Assembly: GCA_964504595.1 (NCBI GenBank)
Contig: CAZDEE010000008.1
Coordinates: 338-64,337 of the forward strand
Direction of reading: 5' to 3'
Source of the DNA: an uncultured Staphylococcaceae bacterium
GTDB taxonomy: Bacteria > Bacillota_I > Bacilli_A > RFN20 > CAG-826
DNA length: 64,000 nt
In this document: piece after piece, positions 59,553-64,000 of the stretch
How positions within the stretch are numbered: the first letter of the stretch is position 1
Layout of the letters: the number at the start of each line of letters is the position of its first letter
Notes under the pieces: generated by a model
What the model was told of the DNA's origin: nothing
The model's database searches: none
What the model saw: only the letters and a program-made list of their open reading frames with translations
Made by a program: the position numbers and the translations under genes

Positions 59553-62048
59553 GTGGAGATGCTTGTGAAAAATAAAACAAAAAAAATACAAAAGATCGAA
59601 AAGAAAAAATCAAAGTATTTTTATACTCGTTTTCAACCAGATATTAATATAGGTCTTTTGTCTTCTCAAGTTGCCGCAAGGCAAGAAGATGGATTGATAA
59701 ATAAAGCTAAAAAGCATTATTCGAAAACATATGGACAAATTTTTAAAGAAAACTTTTTAACGCTTTTTAATATTTTACTCATAGTTATTGGAATAGCTCT
59801 TATTTCTGTTGGTGAATGGACAAAGTGTTTATTTTTAGTTGTTTTAATTTTAAATATAGGTATTGGCGTATTTCAAGATATACGCGCGAAAAAGACAATT
59901 GATAAACTTAGATTAGTTACCGCTCCAAATGCGGAGGTAATTAGAGATGCTCGTGAAATGACAATTCCTTCCGATCAAATTGTCTTAGATGATATTCTTG
60001 TTTTAACTCAAGGAAAACAAATAAGTGCGGATGCTGTAGTTAGAAGCGGCGTTATTGAAGTTAATGAATCTTTATTAACAGGCGAAGCAATCGCGGTTAA
60101 AAAGAAAAAAGGTGATACGGTTTATGCTGGATCTTACGTTACTTCAGGAACAGCGGTTGTTCAAGTTGAAAAAATTGGTGATGATAATTACGCTGAGCAA
60201 CTTCAACGTAAAGCAAAAGTCGTTGATAAACCAAAATCAGAATTATTGAAATCTTTAAATTTTATTTTCCATATAATTAGTTTTATTATTATCCCACTTG
60301 GCATAATTATGGCGATAGGAAATATTGTGCAAATATCATCAGAAAGTATGACGGTTGATGAGCGAATTACAATTGTTATTTCTCAAACAGCTGGTTCTCT
60401 TGTAAGTATGATTCCATCAGGTATGTTTTTACTTACCTCAATGACTCTTTATACAGGTGTAGTTAGATTAGGTAAAAAAAGAGCTTCTGTACAAGAGCTT
60501 TATAGTATCGAAATGCTCGCTAGAGTTGATACGATATGTTTAGATAAAACTGGAACAATTACAGATGGGACAATGAGTGTTGAAGATGTTATTGTATTTG
60601 ATGATTTTAATGGAATTGATTTAGATTCAATAATGGGGTCTTATTTAAAAGCGGTTAACGATTCGAATCAAACCGCAATTGCAATGATGCATAGATATCC
60701 TTTTAATAACGCTTATGAACCAGTTGGTGTATTACCATTTTCAAGTGATAGAAAATGCTCGGCGGTATCGTTTAAAGGCAAAGGTACATATTTGTTTGGC
60801 GCACCTGAATATGTTTATAAAGGCAAAGATAAAGAGATATTAAAGAAAATCAAACATTATACAAGTAGAGGCACAAGGGTATTGATGCTTGCTTATACAA
60901 AAACAAAATTAAAAGGAGATATCGTTCCTCAAGATGCAGAACCGGTAGCTTTGTTTATTATTTATGATCGAATAAGAGAAGATGCTGCAAAAACGATCGC
61001 TTGGTTTAGAAAAAATGATGTTAGTGTAAAAATTATTTCTGGTGATAACCCAATTGCGGTTTCAGAAATTGCTCGTCTAGTTGGAGTAGAAACAGCACAA
61101 CAATATATATCTTTAGAAGGAATGCCTTTAGAAGAAGTTGCTGCGGTCGCAAATGACTATACAGTCTTTGGAAGAGTTACTCCAGAACAAAAAGCGGTGA
61201 TTGTTGAATCATTAAGAAATAACAAGAGAACTGTTGCTATGATTGGTGATGGAGTAAATGATATATTGTCCTTAAAGAAAGCTGATTGCGCAATTGCAAT
61301 GGCAGCAGGATCTGAAGCGGCAATGGATGTAGCTCATCTTGTTTTATTAGATTCTAATTTTAGTGTTTTACCGGATATTGTTGCAGAAGGAAGAAGAGCG
61401 ATTTCGAATTTACAAAACGTTTCTTCTTTGTTCTTGAATAAAACTATATTTAGTATATTCTTTTCGATAATTTGGGCGGTTGTTATGTTCTCAATTTTAC
61501 CACCTCAATATAAAGTTTTCCCATTCTCTACAAACAATTTCTATGTTTGGGAAATGTTATCAATAGGACTTGCTTCATTCTTTATGGCGATACAGCCTAA
61601 TAAGAAGAGAATATCAGGTAATTTCGTTACTAATGTTATTCAAAAAGCACTGCCTGGAGGTATTGCAATTACTTTAGGGGTTTCAGCTTATTTTATTTTC
61701 CGAAATCAAAATTTATATGATTTTGGTATTTTAGAAGGAGATAAAAAAGCGGCAGAAACATGTGGATGTATATTGATGTATATAATGTCTTATGTCGTTT
61801 TATTAAGAGTGTGTTTGCCGTTTAATAAATATAGAGGTATTTTGTTCGTTGCTTGCGTTAGCTTAGGCGTACTTGCAATTTTAGTAACAGAATTAATTTC
61901 AACAAGTTACTCTAATAATCTTTTAGGAATATCTATAAAATCATTAAGTATGGATAATATTAAGGGGTTATTTATTGTATTGATTCCAACATTGGCGTTC
62001 TATTATATTTCTGATAGATTGTTGTTGAATTGGACAAAAACAAGATAA
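59553..62048 (+). CDS. cation-translocating P-type ATPase (P2-like), substrate unknown
   Basis: Motifs TGEA, DKTGTIT, FGAPE, ISGDNP and GDGVNDILSLKKAD. TM4 reads IPSGM instead of PEGL. The true start is possibly GTG 59565, after AGGTGGAG. Confidence 0.9.
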   Translation: MEMLVKNKTKKIQKIEKKKSKYFYTRFQPDINIGLLSSQVAARQEDGLINKAKKHYSKTYGQIFKENFLTLFNILLIVIGIALISVGEWTKCLFLVVLILNIGIGVFQDIRAKKTIDKLRLVTAPNAEVIRDAREMTIPSDQIVLDDILVLTQGKQISADAVVRSGVIEVNESLLTGEAIAVKKKKGDTVYAGSYVTSGTAVVQVEKIGDDNYAEQLQRKAKVVDKPKSELLKSLNFIFHIISFIIIPLGIIMAIGNIVQISSESMTVDERITIVISQTAGSLVSMIPSGMFLLTSMTLYTGVVRLGKKRASVQELYSIEMLARVDTICLDKTGTITDGTMSVEDVIVFDDFNGIDLDSIMGSYLKAVNDSNQTAIAMMHRYPFNNAYEPVGVLPFSSDRKCSAVSFKGKGTYLFGAPEYVYKGKDKEILKKIKHYTSRGTRVLMLAYTKTKLKGDIVPQDAEPVALFIIYDRIREDAAKTIAWFRKNDVSVKIISGDNPIAVSEIARLVGVETAQQYISLEGMPLEEVAAVANDYTVFGRVTPEQKAVIVESLRNNKRTVAMIGDGVNDILSLKKADCAIAMAAGSEAAMDVAHLVLLDSNFSVLPDIVAEGRRAISNLQNVSSLFLNKTIFSIFFSIIWAVVMFSILPPQYKVFPFSTNNFYVWEMLSIGLASFFMAIQPNKKRISGNFVTNVIQKALPGGIAITLGVSAYFIFRNQNLYDFGILEGDKKAAETCGCILMYIMSYVVLLRVCLPFNKYRGILFVACVSLGVLAILVTELISTSYSNNLLGISIKSLSMDNIKGLFIVLIPTLAFYYISDRLLLNWTKTR

Positions 62049-62110
62049 TTAAAATATTTAACAAAGAATTAGAATATGACAAGTATTTATGTAAGAAGGA
62101 GGAACAATTT

Positions 62111-63016
62111 ATGAAAATTTCAAATGAAGTTAGGCAGGCGTTATTAAATCACAAGCCTGTTGTTGCATTAGAATCAACAATTATTTCTCATGGGATGCCA
62201 TATCCTAAAAATGTAGAAACTGCTTTTTTGGTTGAACAAACCATCCGTGATAATGGAGCGATACCCGCAACAATAGGTATTATTGATGGAGAAGCAGTAA
62301 TAGGAATGTCTAAAGAAGAAATTGAAGAATTTGGAAAAAGAAAAGGAATTGCAAAAGTTTCAAGAAGAGATTTGCCAATTGTTTACGCTAAAAAAATGTG
62401 GGGAGCAACAACTGTTGCGGCAACAATGATTTTAGCAAAACAAGCGGATATTGAGATTTTTGTAACTGGAGGAATTGGTGGAGTTCATCGCGATGGAAAT
62501 AAAACTTTTGATATTTCAGCGGATCTTCAAGAATTATGTAAAACCGATGTTACTGTTGTTTGTGCAGGAGCAAAAGCAATTTTAGATTTGCCTTTAACTT
62601 TAGAATATCTTGAAACAATGGGAGTGCCAGTTTTGGGGTTTCAAACAGATGAATTACCAGCTTTCTATACCCGTAAAAGCGGCTTGAAAGTTGATTATCG
62701 AATTGATGATGTAGAAGATTTTGCTCGGATAATTGTTAAAAAAAGAAAAGAAAGATTACAAGGAGGCATTTTAATTACCAATCCTATTCCTGAAGAATAT
62801 GCGATGGATGAAAAAGAAATTACTTCTGCAATAAATAAAGCTTTAAAAGAAGCGGATAAAGAAGGTATTCAAGGAAAAGAAATTACTCCGTTTTTACTTA
62901 AAAAAGTTGTTGAATTAACAAAAGGAGATTCACTTGAAGCCAATATTCAATTGGTTTTAAATAACGCAAGATTAGGAGCAAGAATTGCTTGCGAAATATG
63001 TGAATTAAAGAAGTGA
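62111..63016 (+). CDS. psuG: pseudouridine-5'-phosphate glycosidase
   Basis: Motifs VVALESTIISHGMPYP and VTGGIGGVHR. Start at ATG 62111 after AAGGAGGA; the ORF-track extension overlaps the ATPase gene. Confidence 0.9.
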   Translation: MKISNEVRQALLNHKPVVALESTIISHGMPYPKNVETAFLVEQTIRDNGAIPATIGIIDGEAVIGMSKEEIEEFGKRKGIAKVSRRDLPIVYAKKMWGATTVAATMILAKQADIEIFVTGGIGGVHRDGNKTFDISADLQELCKTDVTVVCAGAKAILDLPLTLEYLETMGVPVLGFQTDELPAFYTRKSGLKVDYRIDDVEDFARIIVKKRKERLQGGILITNPIPEEYAMDEKEITSAINKALKEADKEGIQGKEITPFLLKKVVELTKGDSLEANIQLVLNNARLGARIACEICELKK

Positions 63017-63579
63017 GCATAGAAATGAAAACAGAACAAAAATTAGGAATAAAGTTAAAAGAATTAATGTCTAATGAACCACTAGATCAAATTACAGTTA
63101 GTCGTTTAACAAAATTATGTGGAATTAAGAGACAAACATTTTATTATCATTTTCGTGATATATATGATCTTTTAACTTGGGTTTTCTTAAATGAGTCAAT
63201 TCAAGAAATTGAAACAGCTTCTAATTATAAGGAAGCACTTTATGCTTTTTTAACATATATTGAAAAAAATCATGACTTTGTAAAGAATGTTGTTTCAAGT
63301 GCAGGTAGAGATTTATTTATTGATTTTTTATCTGAATCATTATTTGCTGTTCAAATGAGATCGCTAACTTTAAAAGATGTAAATAAGGTATTATCTTTGG
63401 AAGATAAAAGATTTATTGCTCGTTTTTATAATCCGGCTATTATATCAGTTTTTATTAGATTTGTTGATAATGGCATGAAAGAAAAGAAAGAAGTACTTAT
63501 TAATCGATTAGAAATTTTATGCGAAGGATATATCGATCAAGCAATAGAAAGATTTGAAAAGAGATATAAGAGGAAGTAG
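63013..63579 (+). CDS. TetR-family regulator (DhaS-like)
   Basis: HTH ITVSRLTKLCGIKRQTFYYHFRDIYDLLTWVF. The start may be ATG 63025. Confidence 0.8.
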   Translation: MSIEMKTEQKLGIKLKELMSNEPLDQITVSRLTKLCGIKRQTFYYHFRDIYDLLTWVFLNESIQEIETASNYKEALYAFLTYIEKNHDFVKNVVSSAGRDLFIDFLSESLFAVQMRSLTLKDVNKVLSLEDKRFIARFYNPAIISVFIRFVDNGMKEKKEVLINRLEILCEGYIDQAIERFEKRYKRK

Positions 63580-63580
63580 T

Positions 63581-64000
63581 ATGGATTGTTTTGATTTTGT
63601 GGTACCTACTAAACTTATAGTAGGTAAAGGAAAAGAAAAAGATGTTGGTAAGATTATTAAACAATACAACTATCAAAATGTTTTAGTGGTTTATGGTCAA
63701 AAGTCAGTAAAAGAATCCGGATTATTAAATGTAATAGAAGAATCTTTGAAAGATAATGAAATCCAATATGTTTTATTAGGAGGAGTGGAGCCAAATCCAA
63801 AACTTACTTTTGTAATTGATGGTATTAGTATAGCAAAAGAAAATAAAATAGATTTTGTTTTAGCTGTTGGAGGCGGTTCTGTTATTGATGCATCTAAATT
63901 AATATGTGCAGGATATTACTATAATGGTAATCCTTATGATTTTAATGATAAGAAAGTAGTTTTGACAAAATCATTACCTCTTGGGACGATTTTAACAATT
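63581..64000 (+). CDS. iron-containing alcohol dehydrogenase, 5' fragment truncated by window end
   Basis: Hand translation gives MDCFDFVVPTKLIVGKGK...GGVEPNPKL...DFVLAVGGGSVIDASK, which contains the Fe-ADH GGGS motif. The frame is open to position 64000. Confidence 0.8.
   Translation, partial: MDCFDFVVPTKLIVGKGKEKDVGKIIKQYNYQNVLVVYGQKSVKESGLLNVIEESLKDNEIQYVLLGGVEPNPKLTFVIDGISIAKENKIDFVLAVGGGSVIDASKLICAGYYYNGNPYDFNDKKVVLTKSLPLGTILTI

Overview
This is a low-GC Bacillota (Firmicutes) chromosome segment centred on the replication origin. All calls rest on motif recognition and gene order only; no searches or computations were run. The origin core is rpmH-rnpA-yidC-jag-mnmE on the minus strand, then a DnaA-box cluster, then dnaA-dnaN-yaaA-recF-gyrB-gyrA on the plus strand. 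The coding strand flips at about 45.4 kb: 32 of 42 CDS to the left are on the minus strand and 14 of 15 to the right are on the plus strand. Left of mnmE lies a long housekeeping and sporulation block in near-perfect Bacillus subtilis order. It runs tatD, rnmV, rsmA, yabG, ispE, glmU, then pth, mfd, spoVT, yabO/rqcP, yabP, yabQ, divIC-like, spoIIE, tilS, ftsH, dusB, lysS, then a divergent ClpC-position ATPase and rpsF-ssb-rpsR. A roughly 16-kb block at 18.4-34.2 kb interrupts it between pth and glmU. This block is mostly plus-strand, so head-on to replication. It carries transporters (a GPH-type MFS, a TetR-regulated heterodimeric ABC exporter, a TetR-regulated ABC-2 pump), PAP2, rsuA, a DUF1540-like protein, an FGGY kinase coupled to an alkaline-phosphatase-superfamily protein, and ppdK. 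Right of gyrA are uppP, a Ser T-box leader plus serS, a MATE pump behind a terminator-like leader hairpin, a short 4.5S-type SRP RNA, tadA, a P-type ATPase, psuG, a TetR and a truncated Fe-ADH. I found no tRNA or rRNA genes, CRISPR array, transposase, integrase, phage genes or recognisable defence system. I see no clear-cut new system. The items most worth a second look are: an unclassifiable 560-aa lipoprotein with an internal domain duplication wedged between rpmH and the DnaA boxes; a short Alu-less SRP RNA in a genome with sporulation genes; the degenerate ClpC paralog; the kinase/AP-superfamily gene pair; and the MATE leader.
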